Counted from the stretch's first letter, positions 28,029 through 36,612 are shown. The stretch: DNA of 62,734 bases from Candidatus Thorarchaeota archaeon (GCA_004524565.1 SDNZ01000003.1:1-62734); one strand, 5' to 3'. Made by a program: numbers and translations. The notes: generated by a model not told the origin, from the sequence alone.

Positions 28029-28439
28029 ATGAAACTCAGTCACGTTGGTATAATTGTGAAAGATATCGCGGAAGGAATCAAGAATCATGAGGCTCTCTAT
28101 GGATACAAACAGCTCAGCGATATAGTAGAAGATACAACGCAGAAGGTGCGTGTTGTAATCATGGGGCACTCTGAGAACGATCCCGTGAAGATTGAGCTCA
28201 TATCACCACTCGGGGAGGATTCTCCAGTAACTGAACTTCTGAATAAACGACAGGCGATATACCATCTCTGCTACGAAGTTACAGATATTGAAGAGGCAAA
28301 GAATAAAGCTCGAAAGAATGGAGCTATCGTGATTAGTAAACCAGTTAAAGCTCCACTCTTCGATGATAGGAAGATATGTTTCCTTTTTACAAAGGATCAT
28401 TACGTGATTGAGTTAGTCGAAAGTGGTTATAACCACTAG
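28029..28439 (+). CDS. VOC/glyoxalase family protein (methylmalonyl-CoA epimerase-like)
   Basis: LSHVGIIV, IELISP, YHLCYEV, IELVE metal ligands. Start set at ATG 28029. Confidence 0.85.
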   Translation: MKLSHVGIIVKDIAEGIKNHEALYGYKQLSDIVEDTTQKVRVVIMGHSENDPVKIELISPLGEDSPVTELLNKRQAIYHLCYEVTDIEEAKNKARKNGAIVISKPVKAPLFDDRKICFLFTKDHYVIELVESGYNH

Positions 28440-29356
28440 AGCGCAGCAACGAACGCAGATGCGAATAGATCGAACAATGGTTCTATCCATTTTGTATCTA
28501 ATTTGGCAAAGACATAGCTACACATATCGATGAAGCGATCTGCACGTACATCAGCAAACTCACCAATACCAACAATAGACTTCGTTCTTTTGGTTAGTTC
28601 CTTTGCGATGCCTTTAGCACTCTTATCTTCAATGAAGACCTTAAGCGTATCCTGTTCGATTCTTTGCAGGACACTCTTAACTCGAATGTCTGAAATATCG
28701 TCACTTCCAAAGCTCTTCACAAGGTCCATTAAGACATCTAAGATGCCATTGTGCAGTCCGGTAACGAGGGCTTCAATTTCAAAAGCTGTGAATTTCACAG
28801 TACTCTCTCCACTTCGTAGCTGCCACTTCAAATCACTTGTTCTGCTAACAATTAGCTTCCGCTGCCCGATAGCGATTGTTTCATCAAAGTATCTTGAATC
28901 AATACTGCTACGTATCGCTGTCTTCAGAAGTGCTGCTTCAGGAAGTCGAAGTCTAAATGATTGTCCTCCATTTGATAGAAGAAGACACATTCCATCATTT
29001 GGTGCAATCTTTTGGACATAATCGGACGGTGGGGCAACTTCAAGCTGTGGCATATTTCTAAGCTTTTTAGCCAGTTCTCGAATCTCAGGTTCTGTACAGA
29101 TGTATGTCTGCCTATCCCCTGCGATTGTTATTGTTCCATCATCAGCTCGGACGAAATCAATTTTATTACCTCCTCCCACTGTTGTGGTCTTAATGTAGGT
29201 CTGTTTATGATTTCTGGCTGTTTGAGCGAGTTTCTCTAGTGCGGCTGCAACCATATGGGCCTCGCCAGTTCCCATAGTGATTTCGGCATCTCCCACGGTC
29301 CCGCGGCCTATTCCGAGGGCACCGTCTTGGCGTATCTTAACATACATACTTTCCAC
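28436..29356 (-). CDS. Hypothetical protein with internal beta-beta-beta-(beta)-alpha repeats
   Basis: 306-aa ORF with four units ending in E(A/I)xxL helices. Confidence 0.6.
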   Translation of the reverse strand: MESMYVKIRQDGALGIGRGTVGDAEITMGTGEAHMVAAALEKLAQTARNHKQTYIKTTTVGGGNKIDFVRADDGTITIAGDRQTYICTEPEIRELAKKLRNMPQLEVAPPSDYVQKIAPNDGMCLLLSNGGQSFRLRLPEAALLKTAIRSSIDSRYFDETIAIGQRKLIVSRTSDLKWQLRSGESTVKFTAFEIEALVTGLHNGILDVLMDLVKSFGSDDISDIRVKSVLQRIEQDTLKVFIEDKSAKGIAKELTKRTKSIVGIGEFADVRADRFIDMCSYVFAKLDTKWIEPLFDLFASAFVAAL

Positions 29357-29456
29357 CGCTTTTTTTGGAACATCAAATGCACAAAACTATTGCCATTCAT
29401 TCTTCCTCAGTCATAATCATCATAAAGAATGGATTCAAAGTATCTCATGGACATAA

Positions 29457-29630
29457 ATGACCGAATGCAAACAAAAAAGGACTTTCACTTCATCGGATAT
29501 TCCTGAAACTGTGATAGTTTGTCCTTTTATAGAACATCAAGGTAAGAGGATTGGTGATATCCTGTTAGTTCTTATGTTCATTGTAGTTCCCTTCTCACTT
29601 CTAATTTACTTTGTTTCAATACTAATATGA
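29457..29630 (+). CDS. Possible 57-aa tail-anchored membrane protein (below ORF-track cutoff)
   Basis: MTECKQKRTFTSSDIPETVIVCPFIEHQGKRIGDILLVLMFIVVPFSLLIYFVSILI*; fills the intergenic gap. Confidence 0.3.
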   Translation: MTECKQKRTFTSSDIPETVIVCPFIEHQGKRIGDILLVLMFIVVPFSLLIYFVSILI

Positions 29631-29681
29631 TTGAGAAAGAAGGAAATGCAGAAGGCTATCTGCCCTCTGCAGATTGTAAAA

Positions 29682-30059
29682 TTAAATCGTATCTTTAACA
29701 TCAAATGCGAGATTGCCAACTTCCTTCGTTGCCAATGCTATGTCTATTGTGTGCTCACCTTCAGGGAGTTGATCTCCTTTGACGTGAACCGTAATAAAAA
29801 GACCCACTTTGATGGGGAACGAATTTTCTGCTGAGATATCACTACCAGCGATTTCACCATCTTCTGAACTGATTATAGTAGTATCAAGAGAATATTCATT
29901 TCCATTGACCTTAAGTGGTTGAAAATCAACAGCAGTTGCGGATGATATTGTATTCTTAATTTTGAACATAAAACCATCGTCAACATTTTCCAGACTGCCT
30001 TTTACGTAGAGTTTCCTCAGGAGAAATGTAGGTATTTGCAATTTATCATTAGCCTCCAA
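29682..30059 (-). CDS. Conserved hypothetical beta-sandwich protein
   Basis: IPTFLLRKLYVKGSL.N...GF.FKIKN is a recurring prokaryotic hypothetical pattern; beta-rich. Confidence 0.6.
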   Translation of the reverse strand: MEANDKLQIPTFLLRKLYVKGSLENVDDGFMFKIKNTISSATAVDFQPLKVNGNEYSLDTTIISSEDGEIAGSDISAENSFPIKVGLFITVHVKGDQLPEGEHTIDIALATKEVGNLAFDVKDTI

Positions 30060-30218
30060 CTATTTCTGATTATATCGTCAAACTGCTGAATCTTTTATAA
30101 GTTCCGAAGCCCTAATTATTCGTACTCGCCTGCTGAGTAGTGATGAGTCACATCAATCACGTCATACTCAGCACTAAATGTTTGAATCTTCATTGCATTC
30201 TTGGAAGGAGTTGATTTG

Positions 30219-31274
30219 ATGCCCACTAAGTCCACTACAGTAACACAATTTCGTTGTGAGAAATGTAATGCACCTTATCCACTTGGAGCTGACGATGTTA
30301 TTGCTACTTGTCCATATTGTGGCTACACCTTCGTTGTTGGAGGTTCAGAAATCAAACATCTCATCATTCAAAATAAACTGAATCCGAAATCCGTGAAGAC
30401 TGCTGTGACTAAGTGGTTGGCATTGGCATCTTCAAAAAGCGTGGGCGGCGGTGTAATAAAGGATATCACACTGGAAGAACCAACACTTCGGTGGATTCCG
30501 ATATTTCGAGTTACAGGGCAGTTTGAGTCTTACCACTTTGGTGTCAAAAAGGAAGGAAGTGGCGATAATGCCAGACACATCCGAATCGAAGATCGTGACT
30601 CTGGTGAATTTACAGAATGGGTAATTGCTAGGAGACATGCAGCAACTTTTGGAATTGATGAATTTATTCGAACACTGGATGACCGTAAGATCAAGAATTT
30701 TGAGATTGCCCATACTGAAGGTGCACCAGTTCTTAACTCTGAAATAGATGATAGAGACGCAGCAAAACGAGCTCATACCACTAGGATGGATAGAGAACGA
30801 GTCGAATTGCTAGAAAAAATGGATAAATTACTTGACCACAGATTGAATCTGAATCCAGACACAAGTACCTATACTCATGCTCCCTACTGGCTGGTTCGGT
30901 TTACTTATCAAAAAGGAACGTTCCGTGTAGCTGTTTCAGGGGCTACAGGAGAGATACTCTTGGGTGAACTCCCTGTCACGAAGCGATACAGACTTAAAAA
31001 ATGGTTCACCAGTATTTTTCTATTAATCGGTTCTGGGCTGTTGTTTCAAGTTCTTCCCTACATGCTATTAGTCCTCTTTCAAGGTAGTTCGGATAGTGGT
31101 GATATTTGGGCGATTCCTCTGATTATAATAGCTGTAGCAGGATTATTCTGGGTTGCATCAATCATCGTTTTAGGCGGAGCTCTACGGTATGAGGTTGAAG
31201 TAGACACAGAAGGAAAAGAGCGCGGCGATAGATTCAGTATCACTGAGGCAATAAAAAAAGTGGGAGGGAAGTAA
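30219..31274 (+). CDS. Zinc-ribbon membrane protein (paralogue A)
   Basis: CEKC...CPYCG, PYWLVRFTY...VSGATGEILLGELP, 2 C-terminal TM helices; GGAG SD before ATG 30219. Confidence 0.75.
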   Translation: MPTKSTTVTQFRCEKCNAPYPLGADDVIATCPYCGYTFVVGGSEIKHLIIQNKLNPKSVKTAVTKWLALASSKSVGGGVIKDITLEEPTLRWIPIFRVTGQFESYHFGVKKEGSGDNARHIRIEDRDSGEFTEWVIARRHAATFGIDEFIRTLDDRKIKNFEIAHTEGAPVLNSEIDDRDAAKRAHTTRMDRERVELLEKMDKLLDHRLNLNPDTSTYTHAPYWLVRFTYQKGTFRVAVSGATGEILLGELPVTKRYRLKKWFTSIFLLIGSGLLFQVLPYMLLVLFQGSSDSGDIWAIPLIIIAVAGLFWVASIIVLGGALRYEVEVDTEGKERGDRFSITEAIKKVGGK

Positions 31275-31275
31275 G

Positions 31276-32250
31276 TTGACTCAGACTAAATGCCCAAACT
31301 GTGATGGCAAACTTACAATTCCGAAACAGAGTAGCACAGTGGTCTGCGAATATTGCAATACCACAGTCAATGTTAAGACTGGCAAGATTCTCAAAGAGAA
31401 CTATTTCATGAAGCTCCAATACGATTTAGAGATGGCAACAGAGAAGATGTATAGTTGGGGAACAAAACAACTAGGAGCTCCTAAAAGTCTCAACCAATCC
31501 AAGGTTATTGAAAGTAGACTTGTATTCTGGCCTTTCTGGGTAGTTGAAGTAGAAGCAAAGGCAAGTTATACAGGGGTCCAAAAGAAACCCGATTTCAAAG
31601 GTAGTGATAGTCAAAGGACTCTGAAATGGAACAAGATCACTGAAACAGGCAAAATCGATATGGAGAAGGATCTCTTTATTCCGGCGAATCCTGAAACTCC
31701 TTCCCCTCTGAAAAATTATATCATTCCTACAAAACGAAAGGAATACTTCGATAAAGACAAAATTCTCGAAGTACGTGGGACCGCTGAACCAGTTCATGTG
31801 GAGCAAGAAACAGCCATTCAAACAGCAAAGAAAATGATGTCTGAGATATTACGTGAAGAAGCTCTGAAGGAAGTAGATTCGATCACAAGAATGGATGAAA
31901 AACTCAAAACCCCTGCGGTCTTTTTGGTAAGTGTTCCAATCTGGCACATAAAATATTGTTATAAGATTCGAAATTATGAAGCTCTTGTAGATGGGGCCTC
32001 TGGAAGAATAATCCATCTGAAGTTTCCAAGAAAGATGGCTTTCCGAGCAATGACACTGCTGAGTGGACTTATTCATCTTGTAGTTGGCGGTGGAATTGGT
32101 TTGTTACTGGTATATATTGGACTAACAATGTTTGATGGGATATTTCCAACGATATTTGGAATTACTTTCGGATTAGGTATGCTTGCAATAAGCCTACGGT
32201 TCTTTAGAACCGCTTTGTCGTTGAGCGCAGGAATGGAGGAAGCAAGATAG
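31276..32250 (+). CDS. Zinc-ribbon membrane protein (paralogue B)
   Basis: CPNC...CEYC, VPIWHIKY...VDGASGRII..KFP, 2 C-terminal TM helices. Confidence 0.75.
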   Translation: MTQTKCPNCDGKLTIPKQSSTVVCEYCNTTVNVKTGKILKENYFMKLQYDLEMATEKMYSWGTKQLGAPKSLNQSKVIESRLVFWPFWVVEVEAKASYTGVQKKPDFKGSDSQRTLKWNKITETGKIDMEKDLFIPANPETPSPLKNYIIPTKRKEYFDKDKILEVRGTAEPVHVEQETAIQTAKKMMSEILREEALKEVDSITRMDEKLKTPAVFLVSVPIWHIKYCYKIRNYEALVDGASGRIIHLKFPRKMAFRAMTLLSGLIHLVVGGGIGLLLVYIGLTMFDGIFPTIFGITFGLGMLAISLRFFRTALSLSAGMEEAR

Positions 32251-32319
32251 TTAATAGAACCGTGATTCATGAAAAGAATATAAGGTATCAATCAACGAGA
32301 GGAATTGAGGCGATTGTAG

Positions 32320-32697
32320 GTGCAGTTTGATCTATTTGATCCATTTACTATCTTTGATAGTTTCTTTGGTAGTTTCATGACCATATTCATTATCATTTCT
32401 ATAATCTTCGTGATTGTCTTTGTAGTGATTATATTCACGGTTTGTCGAAGCGGTGCTGGAATAGCAAGAGGAGTTGCCAGAGGATTTACAATGGAGGCAC
32501 CATCATTTGTTATTCCTGATAGACACCGTGGACAAAGGAGATCAGATGGTTCTGAAATGACCACTGTAAGACTTCCGGAGAAATGTCCTTCATGTGGTGC
32601 AGCAATAAGTCAAGAAGGTATAGACTGGACCGGGCCTCTTGAAGCAAAGTGCTCATACTGTGGTGGAAGCTTACGAGCTACGTTTGAACGTGTTTAA
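32320..32697 (+). CDS. Small membrane protein with C-terminal zinc ribbon
   Basis: N-terminal TM helix, CPSCGA...CSYCG. Confidence 0.72.
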   Translation: MQFDLFDPFTIFDSFFGSFMTIFIIISIIFVIVFVVIIFTVCRSGAGIARGVARGFTMEAPSFVIPDRHRGQRRSDGSEMTTVRLPEKCPSCGAAISQEGIDWTGPLEAKCSYCGGSLRATFERV

Positions 32698-32788
32698 ATT
32701 ACACACGTCAAACACATTGTCCCAGTAATACCTACACTCTTAGTCAATCTGACTTTGGAAACCGTCCTAGGATAGTATATAGATATTC

Positions 32789-33154
32789 GTGAGTAAAGTA
32801 TATCACTATCTTGCTAGTAGAGGAACCAGCAAACATTCGTTTGTTGAGGTACCACCTACACGACTCGAGGAAATGCAAATGGCTAATGCGCTAGAAATGC
32901 AGGATGATGGTACTTCTATTGAAGTATGTATCAATAGGAACAATTTATCCTCTGATCGCGTTCTCTGTATTATCGATGACGAGGGAAAGAACGTCTTCCT
33001 CTGGTTAGGAAAAGACGCTCATGTCAGAAAACGTTTTGTCGGTGCCACAACAGCAAGTAAACTTCGTGATGAGCAAGGAACAGGTTTCAGAGTGCGGTCT
33101 CTTGATGAAGGTCATGAACCGGACCAATTCTTTAATTCTCTCGAGCATGAGTGA
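32789..33154 (+). CDS. Single-domain gelsolin/villin-like protein
   Basis: LSSDRVLCII...VFLWLGKDA...RFVG...A..L...RSLDEGHEPDQFF. Start may be ATG 32873. Confidence 0.82.
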   Translation: MSKVYHYLASRGTSKHSFVEVPPTRLEEMQMANALEMQDDGTSIEVCINRNNLSSDRVLCIIDDEGKNVFLWLGKDAHVRKRFVGATTASKLRDEQGTGFRVRSLDEGHEPDQFFNSLEHE

Positions 33155-33219
33155 TAATTTCCGACCCATCCATAACATTCTATAGGTCTATCTCTACAGC
33201 TGATATGAGGTCATAACCA

Positions 33220-34263
33220 TTGCGAGGACTAATGAAGACCACACGAGGGCCAGGCAATCTTGAATTGAAAGAAATTGATGAACCTCGACCTAAGAAAGAT
33301 GAGGTTTTGATTGAGGTCGTTGCAGCGGGAATCTGTGGCACAGATGTCCATATCAAACATGATCAGGCTTTCTATACTCCACCAGTAGTGCTTGGACATG
33401 AATACTCTGGAAAAGTTGTAGAAATTGGACCCGATGTTACCCAGATTGCTATTGGGGATCTTGTTGTATCTCCTGCAACTCAATATTGTGGAAAATGCTA
33501 CCAATGCAAGACAGGTCACATGAATCGTTGTACTGCCGAAGGAAAGAAGATTCTGGGAACCTCCCTAGCTAATGGTGCGTTTGCAAAATATCTCACTGTT
33601 CCTGAATACATCATCCACAAAATTCCTTCAGGTGTGACGATGGAGGAAGCTGCACTAGCTGAACCGACAGCATGTGTTGTGCACTCAGTCATTGACAAAT
33701 CTCCCATAATCCCTGGAGATGTTGTTGTTGTTCAGGGCCCTGGAACAATGGGACTACTTGCTGCTCAAGTAGCAAAGTCTATGGGGGCTGGAAAAGTAAT
33801 CGTTACTGGTGTGACAGCAGACCAGTGGCGCTTTGATATTGCCAAGAAGATTGGTGTAGACATTGCACTTGATGTGCAGGCAGATAACGATCCAGTCAAG
33901 ACAGTAATGGAAGAAAGTGATGGACGAGGAGCTGATGTTGTTATCGAAGCATCTGGAGCCTGTATTGCATGTAGTCAAGCGCTTGAATTTGTGAAAGTAG
34001 CTGGGCATGTGACCCTTCTCGGTATACGCGGGAGACCTCTCGATATTGACCTTGATACTATGGCAGTGAAGGAGCTGACGATGTCAGGTACTTGGGGTAC
34101 ACTTCCCTCTTCTTGGGTAACAACCCTACGTTTAATGGGTTCAAAGAAGATTGATGTTGCGCCTCTCATCACGAATAGAATTTCACTTGCTGAGTGGGAG
34201 AAAGGTTTCGAGTTGATGGAGAGTCAGAAAGCAATCAAAGTCTTATTCACTGAATTTGCATGA
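33220..34263 (+). CDS. Zn-dependent medium-chain dehydrogenase (threonine/sorbitol/butanediol dehydrogenase family)
   Basis: GICGTDVH, GHEYSG, CGKCYQC...C, EPTAC, GPGTMG. Confidence 0.92.
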   Translation: MRGLMKTTRGPGNLELKEIDEPRPKKDEVLIEVVAAGICGTDVHIKHDQAFYTPPVVLGHEYSGKVVEIGPDVTQIAIGDLVVSPATQYCGKCYQCKTGHMNRCTAEGKKILGTSLANGAFAKYLTVPEYIIHKIPSGVTMEEAALAEPTACVVHSVIDKSPIIPGDVVVVQGPGTMGLLAAQVAKSMGAGKVIVTGVTADQWRFDIAKKIGVDIALDVQADNDPVKTVMEESDGRGADVVIEASGACIACSQALEFVKVAGHVTLLGIRGRPLDIDLDTMAVKELTMSGTWGTLPSSWVTTLRLMGSKKIDVAPLITNRISLAEWEKGFELMESQKAIKVLFTEFA

Positions 34264-34265
34264 AA

Positions 34266-34616
34266 TTACTTTCTTGGTGCCCATAATTCTAGGCAGTCCT
34301 GCACAATTGCAATGCTGGATACTGCAGGTCCGCCACCCATTACAATAGCTACTGAACAGGCTTCCATAATTTCTTCTCGTGTAGCACCTAGTGAAATTGC
34401 TTGCTTAGTATGGTAAACCATGCATTCTTCGCAGGGTTTCAGGATACTTGCTACAATGCAGATTATTTCTTTGAATTTGGCGGGTAGAGATCCATCTTTA
34501 TGGACCGTTTTCTGTAAATCCGTATACGCATTTCTTGCATCAGGAATATCTCTGTTCAGTGCACCGAAATGCTTCATGAAACTCTTCAGAATATTTTCAA
34601 CATCGTGAGTCATCAT
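34266..34616 (-). CDS. Carboxymuconolactone decarboxylase/AhpD family protein
   Basis: GSLPAKFKEII, CEECMVYH, GATREEIMEA, MGGGP. Confidence 0.88.
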   Translation of the reverse strand: MMTHDVENILKSFMKHFGALNRDIPDARNAYTDLQKTVHKDGSLPAKFKEIICIVASILKPCEECMVYHTKQAISLGATREEIMEACSVAIVMGGGPAVSSIAIVQDCLELWAPRK

Positions 34617-34629
34617 TGTGTACCTCTAC

Positions 34630-35427
34630 TCAATCATGGGCTAGAGTTCCCATGTTCCATGATGGCTGCGTGTAGAGTGTTTGATATAAAGTCTGTGAAG
34701 TGTCTGCCTCTGCTTTGGTTAGTACTCCTTCTTCAATTGAGGTCCCTGCAAATTCAGTGAAAGTTTCAATAATTGCTTGGAGGATTTCGTCACGTGTAGG
34801 ACAATCTTTCAACTCATGTGCAATGTTTGTAACGATAGCTCTCTTGCTATCCATGCATCTGATCCTCGTTTTATCTCTAAGAAATACAGGTTGTCCTTTA
34901 GGCGGTGTTAGACTCTCCTGAAGAATCTCAAGGTTCGCATCAATGAGCAAGGTTCCATGAATGAAGGAGATTCCTTGTTTTATCCATCCTGCGGTTCCTG
35001 AGATTTTCTTCTTACCAATTTTGATACTTGAGTCAACAGGATCATAATGTGCTGGGATATTGAGGCAGTTCAGGCTTTTTGCAATAGCTCCAATGAAAGT
35101 TTCATAGAGTTCCTTGAGACCTCGAGGTACATAACTGTGAGATTGGTGTAGACGAAGCGCATAGTTCAGATTTCCGAGATCATGAAAGACTGCACCGCCT
35201 CCTGTGAATCTTCGCGCAATCGATATGTCATTGCTCTCACAGAATTCTAAATTGACTTCTTTGTGTACGCACTGGAATCTACCGATTACTACTGCTTTCT
35301 CCGACTCCCAGAATCTTAGAGTATTAAGAGTATTTTCAGATTGCATAAACGTCTTAGCTAATGCTTCATCTATAGCTAGGTTGCGATATACATCAGAACC
35401 CCTATCATTCAGTAATCGCCAAGACAT
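34630..35427 (-). CDS. lplA: Lipoate-protein ligase A (catalytic domain)
   Basis: NLAIDEAL, VVIGRFQ, RRFTGGGAVFHDLGNLN, KKISGTA, HGTLL. Confidence 0.92.
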   Translation of the reverse strand: MSWRLLNDRGSDVYRNLAIDEALAKTFMQSENTLNTLRFWESEKAVVIGRFQCVHKEVNLEFCESNDISIARRFTGGGAVFHDLGNLNYALRLHQSHSYVPRGLKELYETFIGAIAKSLNCLNIPAHYDPVDSSIKIGKKKISGTAGWIKQGISFIHGTLLIDANLEILQESLTPPKGQPVFLRDKTRIRCMDSKRAIVTNIAHELKDCPTRDEILQAIIETFTEFAGTSIEEGVLTKAEADTSQTLYQTLYTQPSWNMGTLAHD

Positions 35428-35697
35428 ATGGGAGAGATATTTTCTGTATCTGATTAATCTGTTGTACTAATTCAAATGTAAAATGAAACCCTTTTGAGCC
35501 GATGGCTAAAAGTAGTTGCTCGCCACCGGCGGGAAGGCCTCAGAGCAACATTGAGGCGGAGCAGATGTCGTATTTCGAGGCTTGACACGTCTAATACGTG
35601 CGAGATGAAGTACTGGTGCTATGATTTAAGGTCCACCTGATTTTCTTTGTCTGAGGGGGGCAGGTCGATATAGTTCTGATTCTCAGAGAAATCGCTC

Positions 35698-36003
35698 TTA
35701 GATGGTGTTTCCGCATTCTTGACAATAGGTGGCTTCTGGACGAACTGTAGTCCCACAATATGGACATATACGTCCTGATTCGCCTTCCGACTTATTTAGG
35801 AATCTACCATATTTTTTGATATTTTCCAGACCTAGTCTATCACTATACAGTTCAGTGTACCCACATTCGGCACATGTTAGAGCTTCCAGAGTAGCAGTTG
35901 AAACTCCTGGAAGATCTATTCTTACATGGTGTTGACCAAAAATTCTATGAGGGCCTGCTATCGATTTACAACCACATTTCGGACATTCGCCTGAGTTGAG
36001 CAT
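35698..36003 (-). CDS. Small double zinc-ribbon protein (paralogue 1)
   Basis: CPKCG...CAECGYTELY...CPYCG...CQECG. Confidence 0.8.
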   Translation of the reverse strand: MLNSGECPKCGCKSIAGPHRIFGQHHVRIDLPGVSTATLEALTCAECGYTELYSDRLGLENIKKYGRFLNKSEGESGRICPYCGTTVRPEATYCQECGNTI

Positions 36004-36025
36004 TGTTTATTCATTGTAGATATGT

Positions 36026-36053
36026 TTCTGAATGCTCATAATGCTTTGCAGAA
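36026..36053 (-). promoter_or_regulatory. Duplicated 28-bp promoter/operator element upstream of zinc-ribbon gene 1
   Basis: ttctgaatgctcataatgctttgcagaa; 26/28 identical to 36414..36441. Confidence 0.6.
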
Positions 36054-36086
36054 TTTGATAATCCCTTTTCTAAAAAGTAAATTAAT

Positions 36087-36392
36087 TCAGATATTTTTTC
36101 CACACTCAGGACAAATCACATCATCAGGTTGAATTCGACAATTGCAGAATAAACAAACACGTTGCCCTGAGGGTTGGGAACTCTTTGATTGTGGCACTTT
36201 GTAGACTTCGCCTAATCGTCTGACATTGTCCAAACCCAACTCATCACTATACCATTCTGCATAACCACATCCAGAACATACGAGTGCTTTCAAAGTAGCT
36301 GTTCTAAAATGTAGAAGGTCAATCAATTTAGATCCGTGTGGACCTACAATCTTTGTGCAACCACATTTAGGACATACTCCAGAGTTTTTCAT
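36087..36392 (-). CDS. Small double zinc-ribbon protein (paralogue 2)
   Basis: CPKCG...CSGCGYAEWY...CLFC...CPECG. Confidence 0.8.
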   Translation of the reverse strand: MKNSGVCPKCGCTKIVGPHGSKLIDLLHFRTATLKALVCSGCGYAEWYSDELGLDNVRRLGEVYKVPQSKSSQPSGQRVCLFCNCRIQPDDVICPECGKNI

Positions 36393-36413
36393 TTTCCCTC
36401 ATGAAGTATTAAC

Positions 36414-36441
36414 TTCTGAAAGCTCATAATACTTTGCAGAA
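36414..36441 (-). promoter_or_regulatory. Imperfect palindrome TTCTG(C)AAAG-N9-CTTT(G)CAGAA containing BRE/TATA-like AAAG-TATTATGA
   Basis: Lies the same distance upstream of its start codon as the 36026 copy (22 vs 23 nt to the element edge). Confidence 0.6.
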
Positions 36442-36443
36442 AT

Positions 36444-36612
36444 TCACATCTTCAGCATGAATGGATTCTCAAGAGTATCCTTTAGAGCAGTAAGAAATTG
36501 TCCTGCTGGGGCACCATCTAACACTCGATGATCCACAGCACATGATGCCATCATCATAGATCGAATCGCAATTGCATCATAGTATTCATGTCCAAGTACT
36601 ACTGGTGGAGTA
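36444..36612 (-). pseudogene. Chimeric remnant: Zn-ADH fragment fused in frame to an E2 C-terminus
   Basis: Reads TPPVVLGHEY-Y-DAIAIRSMMMASCAVDHRVLDGAPAGQFLTALKDTLENPFMLKM*. 30/31 nt match to 33375..33405; 38/44 aa match to the end of 38415..39662; no in-frame ATG upstream. Confidence 0.9.

Noticed and set aside
28029-28439. VOC gene as the epimerase partner of the mutase at 46747
   Set aside because: It is 18 kb away and inside the FkbH/ACP cluster, where such genes are typical; the mutase is ICM-type and needs no epimerase.
35520-35570. Cobalamin riboswitch-like words (GCCAC..G, GGGAAGGC)
   Set aside because: The B12 box (AGYCAGRAGACC) and the upstream GGGAA/ACTGTA elements are absent, and no B12 gene lies downstream on that strand.
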